The notes beneath the pieces are model-generated. The model was not told the DNA's origin. It searched no databases and saw only the letters and a list, made by a program, of their open reading frames with translations. A program made the translations under genes and the position numbers. From assembly GCF_001447785.1 (NCBI RefSeq), contig NW_015160269.1, positions 62,001 to 126,000 of the forward strand: a stretch of 64,000 nucleotides of DNA, in the 5' to 3' direction. Position 1 is the first letter of the stretch. Every line of letters starts with the position of its first letter. Source of the stretch: Gekko japonicus. Its lineage: Eukaryota. This document shows, piece by piece, positions 63,336-64,000 of the stretch.

Positions 63336-63616
63336 GTCACTCAATTCATGAACAGAACCAGTTTGTTTAGCCCCTAAAAGTTTGTGATGGTTCATGAACT
63401 GGGTATGCCACGAACCCTGAACCAAACAACCTTTTCTTGGTTCGTGCCCATCTCTATTCAAGGGACATTTTGGACTGCAGCAGGAGAGGGGATGTGAGAA
63501 AGCCACATCCATCTATCCATCCATCCATCCATCCATCCATGGAAATGCTTTGGAAGATCCAACCCATACAATCAATGACACTGAAAAATGCCACTGACAG
63601 GAGTTAAGCTTTTCAG

Positions 63617-63798
63617 ATCTATTTATGCTGATAAAGCCAGCTTTTTCCAAAAATGGTTTAATAAGTTACTTCATGGGAAAGTTGCTGCCTGTCTCAGATG
63701 TCTGCTCAAAATTAGTTTCATTTGCAACATCACCAGGAAAGATAAAACAGATCATGAATCAACAAGAATCTGAACAGCAAAGAAGAATGCTTGAGTGA
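63617..63798 (+). CDS. Candidate terminal coding exon (DLFMLIKPAFSKNGLISYFMGKLLPVSDVCSKLVSFATSPGKIKQIMNQQESEQQRRMLE*)
   Basis: Acceptor gcttttcag|. The phase-1 frame is open for 59 codons to TGA 63796-63798, and AATAAA follows at 63859. Caveat: a second frame is also open (ORF 63588..63773). Confidence 0.45.
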
Positions 63799-63858
63799 CT
63801 ACCAAGAGAAGTTTGGGGCGGGAGAACAAGGAGAACTCACATAGCAGCTGTTGTACCC

Positions 63859-63864
63859 AATAAA
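63859..63864 (+). terminator. Candidate polyadenylation signal AATAAA
   Basis: Located 60 nt after the predicted stop codon. Confidence 0.35.
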
Positions 63865-64000
63865 ATGGTCTGGTAGTAAAATAGAAGACTTTTTTTATAA
63901 ATGGAAAAGGAAAATGGTTCCTTACTACATTTAGTCAGATGGGTCCTGGACTTTATGCAGATTCGCTACTGGGGGTGGAAATTGCCCAAACAGTGTTTCT

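Larger units (their letters stand above)
59406..63456. mobile_element. Non-autonomous hAT element (same TIR family as 8393-12096) with nested insertions
   Basis: TIRs TAGGGATGGGCATGAAC / GTTCGTGCCCATCTCTA. Flanks TTCAGAAG and TTCAAGGG. Internal ~125-bp tandem repeats at 62080-62780. Confidence 0.85.

Overview
Eukaryotic, repeat-rich genomic DNA from a squamate reptile, probably a gecko. This is inferred from Sauria SINEs, Squam3/MIR-type SINEs, BovB, CR1, L2, L1 and abundant hAT MITEs. No prokaryotic features (operons, CRISPR, rRNA, true tRNA genes) are present. Reading splice sites by hand gives a phase-consistent 8-9 exon plus-strand gene spanning almost the whole window (ATG 4355 to TGA 63798, AATAAA 63859). 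It encodes a ~280-295 aa protein that I cannot name and that the ORF track misses. The introns hold deeply nested mobile elements. These include an intact, full-length 5.1-kb L1 (16-bp TSD, 1245-aa ORF2, 32-bp 3' transduction) inside a decayed L1, a near full-length BovB interrupted by a solo LTR, and a 2.36-kb non-coding element with L1 insertion hallmarks inside a hAT element. There is also a young chimeric SINE (Sauria core plus L2-type tail), an internally deleted Gypsy element, nested solo LTRs, a decayed hAT transposon and several foldback MITEs. Three assembly gaps are present. All family assignments come from motif recognition, not database searches.
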